Below, piece after piece: positions 1 to 12,180 of a stretch of 64,000 bases of DNA. The stretch is taken from NCBI RefSeq assembly GCF_030028105.1, contig NC_092378.1, positions 99,561,731 through 99,625,730 on the forward strand, read 5' to 3'. Position numbers and translations under genes: made by a program. The DNA comes from Mobula birostris. Its lineage: Eukaryota. The notes under the pieces are model-generated. The model did no database searches, was not told the DNA's origin, and saw only the letters and a program-made list of their open reading frames with translations. How positions within the stretch are numbered: the stretch's first letter is position 1; every line of letters begins with the position of its first letter.

Positions 1-242
1 TAAATAAATAACTAACAGATGGGGCACAAAGGGGAGGTGGGGCACTAGCGGAAGTTTGAGAAGTCAATGCTCATGCCATCAGGCTGGAGGCTACCCAGAC
101 GGAATACAAGGTGTCATTTCTCCAACCTGAGTGTGGCTTCATCTTGACAGTAGAGGAGGCCGTGGACAGACACATCAGAATGGGAATGGTTCGTGGTATT
201 CCGTCTGGGTAGCCTCCAGCCTGGTGGCATGAACATTGACTT
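1..242. mobile_element. Penelope-like element (PLE) 3' region with internal inversion; left part of an element split by a CR1 insertion
   Basis: 1-188 matches the - strand PLE GIY-YIG C-terminus/3' UTR seen at 47150-47330 (EATLRLE). 198-242 is an inverted copy of ~62-106 and resumes at 2859 (attgactt|ctcaaacttcc). Confidence 0.8.
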
Positions 243-2855
243 AGACTGTAAGACCATAAGACAAAGGAGCAGAAGTTGGCCATTCAGCCCATCGAGTCTG
301 CTCCGCCATTTTATTATGAGCTGATCCATTCTCCCATTTAGTCCCAATCCCCCACCTTCTCACCATAACCTTTGATGCCCTGGCTACTCAGATACCTATC
401 AATCTCTGCCTGAAATACACCCAATGACTTGGCTTCCACTGCTGCCCGTGGCAGGAAATTCCATAGATTCACCACCCTCTGGCTAAAAAGATTTCTTCGC
501 ATTTCTGTTCTGAATGGGCACCCTTCATTCCTTAAGTCATGCCCTCTCATACTAGACTCCCCCATCATGGGAAACAACTTTGCCACATTCACTCTGTCCA
601 TGCCTTTCAACATTCGAAATGTTTCTATGAGGTCTTCCCTCATTCTTCTAAACTCCAAGGAATACAGTCCTAGAGCGGACAAACATTCCTCATATGTTAA
701 CCCTCTCATTCCTGGGATCATTCTAGTGAATCTTCTCTGTACGCTTTCCAATGTCAGCACATCCTTTCTTAAATAAGGAGACCAAAACTGCCCACAGTAC
801 TCCAAGTGAGGTCTTACCAGTGCCTTATAGAGTCTCAACATCACATCCCTGCTCCTATACTCTATTCCTCTAGAAATGAATGCCAACATTGCACTCGCCT
901 TCTTCACCACCGACTCAACCTGGAGGTTAACCTTAAGGGTATCCTGTACGAGGACTCCCAAGTCCCGTTGTAACTCAGAACTTTGAATTCTTTCCCCATT
1001 TAAATAATAGTCTGCCCGTTTATTTTTTCTGCCATAGTGCATAACCATACACTTTCCAACATTGTATTTCATTTGCCACTTCTTTGCCCATTCTTCCAAT
1101 CTATCCAAGTCTCTCTGCAGACTCTCCGTTTCCTCAGCACTACCAGCCTCTCCACCTATCTTCGTATCGTCAGCAAACTTAGCCACAAAGCCATCTATTC
1201 CATAATCTAAATTGTTGATGTACAATGTAAAAAGAAGCAGCCCCAACACGGTTACCTGTGGAACACCACTGGTAACCGGCAGCCAACCAGAAGAGGATCC
1301 CTTTATTTCCACTCTCTGTTTCCTGCCAATCAGCCAACACTCTATCCATGTATGTAACTTTCTCATAATTCCATGGGCTCTTATCTTGTTAAGTAGCCTC
1401 ATGTGTGACACCTTGTCAAAGGCCTTCTGAAAATCCAAATATACAACATCCACTGCATCTCCCTTGTCTAGCCTACTTGTAATTTCCTCAAAAAATTGTA
1501 ATAGGTTTATCAGGCAGGATTTTCCTTTGAGGAATCCATGCTGAGTTCTGCCTGTCTTGTCATATGCCTCCAGGTACTCTGTAACCTCATCCTTGACAAT
1601 CGACTCCAACAACTTCCCAACCACGGATGTCAAGCTAACAGGTCTATAATTTCCTTTTTGCTTCCTTGCCCCCTTCTTAAATAGCGGAGTGACATTCGCA
1701 ACCTTCCAGTCCTCCGGAACCATGCCAGAATCTATTGACTTTTGAAAGATCATCGCTAATGCCTCTGCAATCTCCACAGCTACTTCCTTCAGAACATGAG
1801 GGTGCATTCCATCTGGTCCGGGAGATTTATCTACCTTTAGACTATTCAGCTTCCTGAGTACTTTCTCTGTCGTAATTGTGACTGCGCACACTTCTCTTCC
1901 CTGCCACCCTTGGGTGTCTGGTATACTGCTGATGTCTTCCTCAGTGAAGACTGATGCAAAATACTCGTTCAGTTCCTCCGCCATCTCCATTACAATTTCT
2001 CCAGCATCATTTTCTATCGGTCCTGTATCTACTCTCACCTGTCTTTTACTCTTTATATACTTGAAAAAGCTTTTAGTATCCTCTTTGATATTATTTGCTA
2101 GCTTCCTTTCATAGTTAATCTTTTCCCTCTTAATGACCTTCTTAGTTTCCTTTTGTAAGCTTTTAAAAACTTCCCAATCCTCTGTCTTCCCACTAATTTT
2201 TGCTTCCTTGTACACCCTCTCCTTTGCTTTAACTTTGGCTTTGACTTCTCTTGTCAACCACAGTTGCATCCTTTTTCCATTCGAAAATTTCTTCTTTTTT
2301 GGAATATACCTGTCTTGCACCTTCCTCACTTCTCGCATAAACTCCAGCCACTGCTGCTCTGCCGTCTTTCCTTCCAATGTCCCTTTCCAGTCAACTTTGG
2401 CCAGTTCCTCTCTCATGCCACTGTAATTTCTTTTACTCCACTGAAATACCGACACATCAGATTTCGGCTTCTCTTTTTCAAATTTCACAGTGAACTCAAT
2501 CATGTTATGATCACTGCCTCCTAAGGGTTCCTTCACCTCAATCTCTCTAATCACCTCCGGTTCATCACACAATACCCGATCCAGTACAGCCGATCTCCTA
2601 GCGGGCTCAACAACAAGCTGTTCTAAAAAGCCATCTCGCAGACATTCTACAAATTCTCTCTCTTGAGATCTAGTGCTGACCTGATTTTCCCAATCCACTC
2701 GCATGTTAAAATCCCCCACAATTATCATAACACTGCCCTTCCTACAAGCCTTTTCTATTTCCTGTTGTAATTTGTAGTCCACATCACTGCAGCTGTTTGG
2801 AGGCCTATAATAACTGCCATCAGGGTCCTTTTACCCCTCCGATTTCTTAGCTCAA
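243..2855 (-). mobile_element. CR1-clade LINE, 5'-truncated
   Basis: Contains the 814-aa ORF. The 3' UTR has a short tandem tail (+ strand agactgtaagaccataag) at the left end. A possible 4-bp junction duplication actt lies at 239-242 and 2855-2858. Confidence 0.93.
338..2782 (-). CDS. CR1 ORF2 remnant: C-terminal half of APE endonuclease plus reverse transcriptase (uninterrupted, N-terminally truncated)
   Basis: EN motifs GDFN and GSDH; RT motifs KSPGPDG, NYRPVSLTS, QHGF, YLDFQKAFDKV, SGVPQ and FADD; CR1-type C-terminus (LVRPHLEYC...RGHDL...VVNLWN). Confidence 0.92.
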   Translation of the reverse strand: MDYKLQQEIEKACRKGSVMIIVGDFNMRVDWENQVSTRSQEREFVECLRDGFLEQLVVEPARRSAVLDRVLCDEPEVIREIEVKEPLGGSDHNMIEFTVKFEKEKPKSDVSVFQWSKRNYSGMREELAKVDWKGTLEGKTAEQQWLEFMREVRKVQDRYIPKKKKFSNGKRMQLWLTREVKAKVKAKERVYKEAKISGKTEDWEVFKSLQKETKKVIKREKINYERKLANNIKEDTKSFFKYIKSKRQVRVDTGPIENDAGEIVMEMAEELNEYFASVFTEEDISSIPDTQGWQGREVCAVTITTEKVLRKLNSLKVDKSPGPDGMHPHVLKEVAVEIAEALAMIFQKSIDSGMVPEDWKVANVTPLFKKGARKQKGNYRPVSLTSVVGKLLESIVKDEVTEYLEAYDKTGRTQHGFLKGKSCLINLLQFFEEITSRLDKGDAVDVVYLDFQKAFDKVSHMRLLNKIRAHGIMRKLHTWIECWLIGRKQRVEIKGSSSGWLPVTSGVPQVTVLGLLLFTLYINNLDYGIDGFVAKFADDTKIGGEAGSAEETESLQRDLDRLEEWAKKWQMKYNVGKCMVMHYGRKNKRADYYLNGERIQSSELQRDLGVLVQDTLKVNLQVESVVKKASAMLAFISRGIEYRSRDVMLRLYKALVRPHLEYCGQFWSPYLRKDVLTLESVQRRFTRMIPGMRGLTYEECLSALGLYSLEFRRMREDLIETFRMLKGMDRVNVAKLFPMMGESSMRGHDLRNEGCPFRTEMRRNLFSQRVVNLWNFLPRAAVEAKSLGVFQAEIDRYLSSQGIKGYGEKVGDWD

Positions 2856-2858
2856 CTT

Positions 2859-3310
2859 CTCAAACTTCCACTAGTGCCCCAGCTCCCCCTCATGCCCCAT
2901 CTGTTATTTATTTATTTATACACACACTTTCTTTTTTTCTCTCTCCTTTTTCTCCCTCTGTCCCTCTCACTATACCCCTTGTCCATCCTCTGAGCTTCCC
3001 CCCTCTCCCTTTTCTTTCTCCCCAGGCCTTCTGTCCCATGATCCTCTCATATCCCTTTTGCCAATCAACTGTCCAGCTCTTGGCTCCATCCCTCTTTCTC
3101 CTGTCTTCTCCTATCATTTCGGATCTCCCCCTCCCCGTCCCACTTTCAAATCTCTTACTAGCTCTTCTTTCAGTTAGTCCTGACAAAGGGTCTCGGCCCA
3201 AAGCGTGGACTGTACCTCTTCCTAGAGATGCTGCCTCGCCTGCTGCGTTCACCAGCAACTTTGATGTGTGTTGCTTGAAATTCCAGCATCTGCAGATTTC
3301 CTCGTGTTTG
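2859..3310 (+). mobile_element. PLE pseudo-LTR/3' terminus with degraded hammerhead motif
   Basis: Near-identical to PLE termini at 49480-49680 and 50407-50655. Hammerhead-like gtcctgacaaagggtctcggcccaaagcgtggac at ~3177-3210 has core mutations. Confidence 0.85.
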
Positions 3311-3384
3311 CTCCCTTTAGTGCATCGCTTTTTGTGTGTTTTTCAATTCTTGCTCGCCGGCTAAAGATAACGCGATGTACATAC

Positions 3385-3622
3385 AGAAATAAGAGAAAAT
3401 CAGCAGATGCTGGAAATTCGAGCAACACACACAAAATGTTGGAGGAACTCAGCTGGCCAGGCAGCATCTATGGTAAAGGATCTAGTTGACGTTTCGGGCC
3501 GAGATCCTTCATCAGCACTGGCAGATTCTGATGAGGCCTCTCGGCCCGAAACGTCGGCTATACTCGTTCCCATAGATGTAGACTGGCCTGCTGTGTTCTT
3601 CAAGCATCTTGTGTGGGTTGCG
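3385..3622. mobile_element. Palindromic mini-element made of two inverted PLE termini, each with a hammerhead core
   Basis: Arms gcaacacacacaaaatgttggaggaactcagc...catctatgg and ccatagatg...ttcttcaagcatcttgtgtgggttgc. Cores at 3488-3515 (-) and 3528-3555 (+). Confidence 0.8.
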
Positions 3623-6600
3623 ATGTACATACAAGCTCACTGAGGTCACCAGAACTGCAACATCTCATTATTGCGTCTTTACCTACCAGTCAGGTATGAA
3701 CTGTGCCTGAATTGAGAGAATACTTGGAATCAGCATAAATTATATCAGACCGAATCTCTCTTTTTTGTGCAAGTGAAATCGATCCCCAAAATGTACAACT
3801 AAAACGAGTGAGAAGATAAATTCCATGGTGCTGAACGTGGCGGAGTGGAATTGCCGCTCGGATAGCTTATCCCCTGTTAGCGGAGAGTAACGCAGGATAT
3901 ATTTGGCAAACGAGGTCTTGCTTTCAGCGACAGCTTGTTTAACAAAGTGACATTTTTAAAAGAGAGTGGTTATGTTATTATTTCTACGTAAACATGTTAA
4001 AGGTGTGACAGATAAAAGATATGTTTTAAATACCTGTATCCAAACTAGAACAAGTCTCGTAGGAATTGTTGGCTTACTTTTGACCCCCTAAAAACACATT
4101 AACTGTGCTCTCACAGATACCTCAAGCTTTTAAGGTGTATAAGAAAACTGAGGCGCTGTTAGCCTTTCTGGCTTCGATAGGCGACCCCCTCCGCGCACGC
4201 GCATCCTGATTTGAACAGTAGGGGCATAGTAATAACACACCGGGAATGGGTACCATCAACATTAGCGTCTCTGGGTGGGCGGAATATCAAGTCTTGGTCG
4301 AATATATAATGAACACCTTATGGTCATATAATCCGTGGGTATTTTGTTGACAGTGCTAATATTAATGCAAAGGCTAAGTGTGGTCTTACAAAATGTTATA
4401 TCAAATTTCTTCTACTTCTGGTCGTCTATATGAAGTGTCAGTTGTTTTACTCTCCGCCACCCGCTGAGCATTTCAGCATCATTTTTGTTCAGGATTTCCA
4501 GAGCCGGTGGTACTTTGCTCGTATTTACAGAAAGTTGTGTTTGAGATTTATGCAAAAATCCAAGCCCCGTCGCTTTTCACAAGGAAGTCTAGTTACATAA
4601 TTTAAATGAACTATTCCTTCCTGCTGAAAAATGTACGACAGAAGAATTCAGTGAGATGTCCTTAATCCTTTACAAATCTACGCCACAGCTTATCCCTGGA
4701 CAGCAGGCGCATGGTTCAACGCTATATCTCCTTTAAACAAAAGTGACATTCCATTTGACAGGAATACCACGTAATTCTACAAAGATCCAGAATAGGTGGA
4801 AGGGCCGAACGGTCTCGATCGTAAATCGTGGACACGAAGAGCTGACAGTTTTCTCTGTGGCTGGTTCAATTTAAAATTTTGAAGCTTCCTGCTTCAGTTA
4901 AATTCTATGCTCCCAATCAATAATCTTTCAGTGTTGTTTGTTAACAATAATTTGTCCGTCCCGTTTGTCTGAACCTTACTACAGTCATCGCTATCATATG
5001 AATGCATGAGACCTACGGTCGCTCGTTTATTTAAGCGCGTTAGGAGAACATTAGGTGTTTCTGCTGGATTCGGGAATCGGTTTTAACTACAACGCGCCAG
5101 CTACGTGTACAGTTTACCGTGTCTCCGAAAGGAGGTATTTATCAGAGATCAGTCAACACGGGGAGGTGGGGGAATGCAGGGAGAACAAAAGATACCGTGG
5201 GATTTAGTGACATGCAAGAATGACAACCTTTCAAAAATATCTGAGCTGACAGTGAGAGACTTCACCCGCTCGGTAATGCAAGATGATCTTTGAGAGAATA
5301 GACTCGCCTGTTTTGTTTAGGGCGGACTAAATTACATAATTTAAACTTCAACTGTGTATCAGTTTATAGATATTAATGCAAACCATATCTAAATTTGTAA
5401 CATCTTTGGAATAGTTTCGCTTTCAATTAAGTGGGAAAAGTGCTAGATGGACGCCGAGATTGATCTAAGTCGGTTACCATGGCCACTTCTAAAGTTACGA
5501 ACGAAAACGTCGGAACATCTGGAAATTTAGAGAACGACACAAGTGAACCGGCCCCTTCGTATGCGCTCTAGCTAATTTCATCTGAACACACTCGCATCAA
5601 AATGATTAGTGGACAGAAATTAGTCATATCGGACCCCCGACCGGTAGGCGAGATTATTAATTATTACGACAAATATCAAAACATTCAGTAACTATGTGTG
5701 AGAATGTCGCAGGTCGCTCGGCCAAAGAGGCTTTGCAATTAATTATCTGAATTCTGACCACTCTGAAAATTCTGAACTCAAGACCGAATAATGGAGATAA
5801 ATAGCATAAACATATGCTTACATAAATAACTTAATAAAAACTATGCACTTGGAACAAAATAAAGACAATGGAAACAAATGGAATGATGAATATTTGTTAA
5901 TCCGTCTGCATATCGTGCAGTTTTATCCCCCTACACAGAAACTTGAGAAAATCCATTTATTGAGTCTCTCTCCCACCTCAAAGCCTATTTTAAATCGAAA
6001 AATGGGTAAATTTATCTGTAATTGGCCTGTACAAAACTTAAGACAGGGTAAAATAGCGTTCACCGTCCATGTTTATAATTTCATAAACATTAAAATCGTC
6101 TAATAATTGTATATTCTCGGAGTTTTTGTATTAATAACTAGGCTGCTCTAATAACATCTCAATTCTTATACCAGGAAATATGATGCATCTGTAAAAACGT
6201 CAATATTTGTGAATAAACAATGTATTGCTGACAAAAAGAGTTTTATTTCGTGTCTTTCGTTCGACAAAACGTCCTTTTCTGAAGCTATTTCAGTAAAAAA
6301 AATGAGTATTATTTGATTATAGTGGACAGACATCGATATCTGAAATAGTCCAAACTGATCACCTCGAGGACCAGAATAGAATTGATGGAACATACTGCGA
6401 GGGGCATGGACTTGAAGATGCTTAGAGTCTCGAACACTTAATGCAAAATATAGTGTTTCAATAATTGGGTATCATTCAAAGCGAAATTGCCCGCAACTCA
6501 TTATTAGGAGCTCTGGAGTCCTTATAGCTAAGCATCCCGATTTATCGGAGAGTCCTTCACCAGAGGTCCGCATTCAATAACTACAAACTCATAGTTAGGA

Positions 6601-9600
6601 AACAACGAATATTGCATCTGCAACTTAGCTAGTTATTTTAGAGAAATTCGCACCTGTTTACAAATGCCTGGATAAAAACGAAATTAATGCATACCGCAGT
6701 AGGTTAGGAGAAATCGTATTCCATTCAAAAGACGAAATGAAATCTCACAACTTCTCTGATTTTTGTACATTTTTCTCCTCTAAAGAGAGAAGTTAAACTT
6801 TTAACACACGCGTAATACTTTTTAAAGCAACAAGGTAGAGAAGTGTTTGCACTGGGTCTGTAACATGGAGCCTGTAGTTAATCTATCAAAGCTTCTTGGC
6901 GGATATAATTCCCATAGCAACTTGAAGCAAAGACCGACAGAGAGCCATTTCGTTGTTTTCACCAGGGTCGTTTGTTTATTTCCAAAATGCAAAAAACAAT
7001 AAATGTTAATACTATTTTTTCACTTCCAGAAGTACAAAGTGCGTGTCTATCAGTGACTGCTAATTACTATAATCATACTATTAAGAACATAAGCAATTTT
7101 AACGTAAGTTGTATATTAACGTAAGTTGGACATCAATTGTATATAGTATTCGATTGATTTATATTGTTATCTACTTTTCAATATCAAGTATACGACGATA
7201 AAAACCTGGTTATATGTAGCAGGAGTCGGGGAATATTTTCCTTAAAGAGGTTTGCCCTGGGCTGCTGTTACTCAGTGTACAGTGAGGATCAGATGATATG
7301 CAGTCTGTGCGCTCTGATACAGTATTCTGCGTGCTGGGCAGAAGAAACGCAAATATTCCGACTGAAATCTAATTAGGATAATAAAATCGCATTAGTTTCT
7401 ATTAATTCATAACTGGATGCTTATCGTTAATTTGTATAAGACAGTACAAACTCTAATCTGCAAAAAGTACAAAACAGAACGTTTGTATAATTCCTTTCGA
7501 CTCTGGGTATGTACTTTCCTATTAATTGACTCGAGGTCTTTAGCACTGACATCACCGTCTGCCGGGCACAAAGGTATAACTAAGATGAATATGAAGGTCA
7601 AAACGTACCACAGGCCTCTGCAGGCGTTCCAGTACGGTACCGCCGAAGCACTCACACCGTGTGACCAGGAAACTCGAGTGTTGATAATTGACTCTAGTGC
7701 GGAAACATAGATCTGAGTTTGTTGACAAGATCGTTAATCAAACCAGAGTAAGTTATCACTACACCGTTAAACCAGAAAGTCAATCAAAAGAAAATGCTGA
7801 AACATCAGCCACTCACAGCTGAACACTGAAGAAAGCAAGGAATGTTCGAGTCGCTTCTGGGTGCTCAGGCCCACTCAATCCTCAATTAAAAGCTGACTCC
7901 TAATTCACTGTCATGAACCCTCACGACTTTATGATAAACTGCCTCAGACTCATCCCAGACCATTTAAGAACACTTGGATCGTTTGTTTTGCCTGGATTTC
8001 CTTATATATCCCACAGTCTGACCTAGCTGGAAAATTGAACGAGCTTCACCCCACAACCCAGCGGCAGCGACACAGCACCGCTCCTGTTTATCCTGATGTT
8101 TTGATTCATCGAGTCTCCCCTATTCCCATCTTGTGGAAACATTAATAATCAAACCAGGTTATAAATGGAAAGTTAAGACAATGACTTTTGCACTTCAGTT
8201 GTCTTCCGTAATTGATCCGGTTTCTCTTAAATAAAACCTGACTGAATGCATTCAGTATCAATCCGGATCAAACCTCATCTCGGCAGAAAGCTTGCGTGTT
8301 CGAGCGAAAATCCCTAAAGCGGTGTTAATTTGGTTAATAATTCAATTCGGGAGAAGCGGCACATTGTCCGCATCTTTCAGCAATCAGACAGTCCACGGAT
8401 TCCAGCAGCTTGATACGTCTTTGATACAAAAGTTTATATCGACTTTGCAAGTTTTTCCTAAGCACAATACTGGAGACAAGCAGGCGCTCTTAGAATGCAT
8501 TAGGCACTAGTCATGAAGATTAATTAAACTCGATTAAAAAGGAGCCGGACAGGAATCGATCACCAACTGATTGTTATTTTCAGCACTGAACAAAGTCGTT
8601 TGCTAAATCCAATGGACGGTTATGTTTTCTTCTTTTTGATCGATCGTCTTTTAAAGGACTTCTTACGTCAAAACTCCTTCCATATACCGTCAGACCCAAT
8701 CTGAGGTAACGAGAGTGACAGTAATTGTTGATGATTTTAATAATAAAATTACACATTAATTTGGTCCATATATTTTCAGAAGCATGTTTATAGAGCGATG
8801 CATTATGCATAAGATTTGCATTAAAATGTTTAACATTGACATTAACATTATAAATTGCACTATTAAATGGTTTCGTTTATATGCTTGTAAAACGCTCAGC
8901 AATTAATAACGTTCAAGCTACCCCCGAGGTCCCCTATTTAAAATAAACAACGCACGATTTCTAGATGACATATCGTACACTCTCACTCCATTCTACAGCA
9001 AAAAGAATAAAAAATAACACATTGTTGGTATTCCAGGAAAGTAGCGTAAAATAACGAAAGAATTCAAACACCACGCCCCCGAATGTAAGTTTTAGTCGAA
9101 TTACTGGACAAATGTTTAGGGAGTGATCCATATAAATTGTATGATCTCCCCGCTTGTTTAGGCTTATGGTCAAAGTCTGCAGAAGACATTAATTTGCAGC
9201 GTTCATACATGCATAACATTTCTGATTGTAACATCTATTGGCGATATGGCAAGAGACAGAGTATAGAAGGGTCGGAAATGAAAAGTAAACTATAGTGGGA
9301 ATCAATTGACATCAACTCTTCGGAAATTAACTTGTAATAACACAAATAGAAGCGTCTTGATAAACATCAAGCTTCAAAACATACTAATCTAGCAGAACAT
9401 TTTGATACTAACTTCATAAAGGCTCCAGTCTAGAAAACAGTCCAAATATTGAAACATTTACATGATATCCGAATTATAACTGAAAACCAAAAAAAAGCCT
9501 GCTACATTCACAATGGAGAGCGTTAGTAATTTTGTAACAGATTACTGAATCACTAAACTACATGGTGTAGGTCAATAAATATATTACAATCAGAGATTGG

Positions 9601-9811
9601 TTATAACGAAGTCTCACGCTTTGGGCAGTACAGTACTGTACTGTGTTCAGTAAACGCGTGGAAGCAAGATATAACGATACAATGGTTACACACCGAGACA
9701 ACTCTCCCAACTGGTAACACCAATAACAACACAAAGGATCCTTGTTTACCCCGGGTAAAGCATTTAATGCACGTTTAAACGCTGCAGTGAACCATAAAAC
9801 AGAGGGGGTGA

Positions 9812-9951
9812 NNNNNNNNNNNNNNNNNNNNNNNNNNNNNNNNNNNNNNNNNNNNNNNNNNNNNNNNNNNNNNNNNNNNNNNNNNNNNNNNNNNNNNNNN
9901 NNNNNNNNNNNNNNNNNNNNNNNNNNNNNNNNNNNNNNNNNNNNNNNNNNN
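9812..9951. other. Assembly gap or masked run (140 N)
   Basis: Run of n, flanked by gggggtga and agaggg; possibly a GA-rich simple repeat. Confidence 0.98.
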
Positions 9952-10558
9952 AGAGGGCTTATGATGCGTGCAAGTTACTTACCATGTAAAGAAGAAACAA
10001 TCGACATGCCGGAAAGTTAGTAACAGTTAACTTTGAGACTTCGTTTAATCTTTTTAAAGATGAAATATCTACTTTAGCAAGCAGGTCCCAATTGTTCAGT
10101 TCACACATATAATGATAATTCTTCGTTCATTTCTGTTATGTCGGATTTATAAAAGACGCCTTTCTGTGTGCTCACTCGCTTTAAAGTTTGGCCAACTGGG
10201 AGACAAGAGAAACTAAGCGAGCCGCATAGTGTGGAAAATGTATACTGCAATTTAACGTTTTTTAAAGCATACATGCCTCGGAACATAAATATTCATATAT
10301 CTTTTAAGCCTGCTAAACCACTGAGATTTCAGCCAATTTTAGCATGGTTTCTGTTCAGAGAAAAATAAGAGTTAACCGTGGTATATATACACTGAAATGC
10401 TTTGTGAATCGACAAGGGGAAATTGTTGTTCATCTTGCCAGAATATTCCTGGTGATCAGCCGTTTAATATTTAAATAGTTAAAAAAAAATTTCGGAGCGT
10501 TGCAACTTAAAAAAAACGGATCGCCCCTTTGAGTGATTCCCTCCTCTTTAACAAGAGG

Positions 10559-10597
10559 AGCCAATCAAGTCGTCAGAGACGCACACGGACCAATGAG
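10559..10597 (+). promoter_or_regulatory. Tandem CCAAT boxes of the putative sox8 proximal promoter
   Basis: agCCAATca (CCAAT 10561-10565) and gaCCAATga (10590-10594) fit the NF-Y consensus and lie ~360-390 bp upstream of the ATG. Confidence 0.55.
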
Positions 10598-10950
10598 AGA
10601 GACGCAGCCCGAGACTGATATACCAGCCGTAAACAAACTTCTGACAAAAGTTTCTTTTCCAAGTTTTCCTAAGCAGCCGTCCGGCGTGTATCGAAGGCGA
10701 TTTGACAGTGTAGTTTTGTGTCTCCATGGCCGCCGCCCGCTGGTTCCCTGTTCAACGTATCTCTTCCCAGTGATACTTTATTTAATTCCCCATCCCGAAA
10801 CACGTGGCCTTAATATAGGAATTCCGAGTTCAGAAACGAGCACTATCTTGAACTTCTGATTTCCCATTATTTGGAAACTTGCATTGCTTTTGAGTTTCTT
10901 GCAATTTCAATGCACCCTTGGCGTCTGCGGTGAACCGGTTTGCCAAGTCG

Positions 10951-11372
10951 ATGCTGAACATGACGGAGGAACACGGGCAGGGGGCGGCCAATGCGGGCTG
11001 CAGCCCGGCCTGCAGCGGCTCCGACAGTGAGTCGGTGGGATCGCCGGGGTCGGTGTCCGAGGGCGAGCCTCAGCCGGAGGACTGCAGCCGCTCGCTGCCC
11101 GCTGCCGTCGCCAGCAAGAAGTTGGGCTGCGAAGAAGACGAGCGTTTCCCAGCCTGCATACGAGAGGCGGTCAGTCAAGTGTTGAAGGGCTACGACTGGA
11201 CTCTGGTGCCCATGCCCGTGAGGATAAACGGCACTTCCAAAAACAAGCCCCACGTTAAGAGACCCATGAACGCCTTCATGGTGTGGGCTCAGGCTGCCCG
11301 GCGCAAACTGGCGGACCAGTACCCGCATCTTCACAACGCGGAGCTCAGCAAAACTCTGGGCAAACTCTGGCG
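10951..11372 (+). CDS. sox8: SoxE transcription factor Sox8, coding exon 1 (dimerisation domain and N-terminal HMG box)
   Basis: ATG 10951, MLNMTEE...[26 protein letters not shown]...[42 protein letters not shown](R). Donor cg|gtaagg at the conserved SoxE intron position (phase 2). Confidence 0.95.
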
Positions 11373-11545
11373 GTAAGGATGGCCTGTCGGCTCGTATCTG
11401 GTTTCATCGTAATCAAATTACCAGCGGTAGCGGACCGGTTTGAACTTTCCACTGCCAGTGTTTCCGCGGCATCGGGGCGACCTGAACGCGAGTCAGCACA
11501 AATGGAGGAGCAGCGCCCTTTAGCTGTGGCCGTTCTATCTGCTGT

Positions 11546-11666
11546 AGGAACTCAGCAGCATCTGTGGGACGAAAGGAATTGTCGGTATTTCGTATCGAAG
11601 GAGTTTCGACCCGAGGCACCAACGATTCCTTTCTCGCCACAGATGCTGCTCGCCCGCTGAGTTCCT
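11546..11666. mobile_element. Degenerate palindromic PLE-terminus mini-element in sox8 intron 1
   Basis: Arms ggaactcagcagcatctgtgg..gaaaggaattgtcggt and accaacgattcctttc..ccacagatgctgc..gctgagttcct resemble the 3385-3622 element. Confidence 0.7.
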
Positions 11667-12074
11667 CCACCAGATTGTTGCTCGAAATTGCGGTATTTCC
11701 ATACGCACCTTCCCCACTCTGAATTACCCGGCAACCAACATACCCCCACCCACCACCACCACGGGGTCATCGAAGTGGTAGTCCTTCGCGAGGGGAAACT
11801 GCCCCGGCCGTATTGTAGCACTGATAGACTAAAGGAGATTTTTATAGGCGATCCTCTCCACAGGGACACTCTGCCGAGGGTATGAGTAATTTGTCGGCGT
11901 ACCCCGCACCTTAGGCTAAACCTCCCTTGGTTTCATGACATTGCCCTGATTTCATCCAACTCCTCCGTGTTCATTCCCGCGTTGGCAGTTTTGGTGATTG
12001 CGTCGATCTTGGATGGGCAGTGAGAACGCTTCCGTTTATGGGGTTAGTTAGTCATTCTTCCGCCAATACCTCCC

Positions 12075-12180
12075 AGACCTATAGATGCCGTCTGACCCGC
12101 TGAGTTCGCCCGGCATTTTGTGTGGCGTGGTGTGGTGTGTTGCTCTAGATTTCCAGCATCTGCGGTCACTCTCGTGTGTA
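12075..12180 (+). mobile_element. Single PLE-terminus fragment in sox8 intron 1
   Basis: atagatgccgtctgacccgctgagttc...gcattttgtgtg...ttccagcatctgcgg matches the PLE 3' end. Confidence 0.7.

Noticed and set aside
429-2524. + strand ORFs opposite the CR1 (also 39769-40473)
   Set aside because: Typical antisense open frames of CR1 RT; not genes.
7407-7655. ORF with a signal-peptide-like hydrophobic stretch (possible divergent gene exon, e.g. lmf1)
   Set aside because: Non-ATG start, no recognisable homology and no supporting exons; it cannot be supported without RNA data.
10918-10950. N-terminal extension [11 protein letters not shown] in the ORF track
   Set aside because: It starts at TTG; the ATG at 10951 (MLNM) matches Sox8 N-termini.
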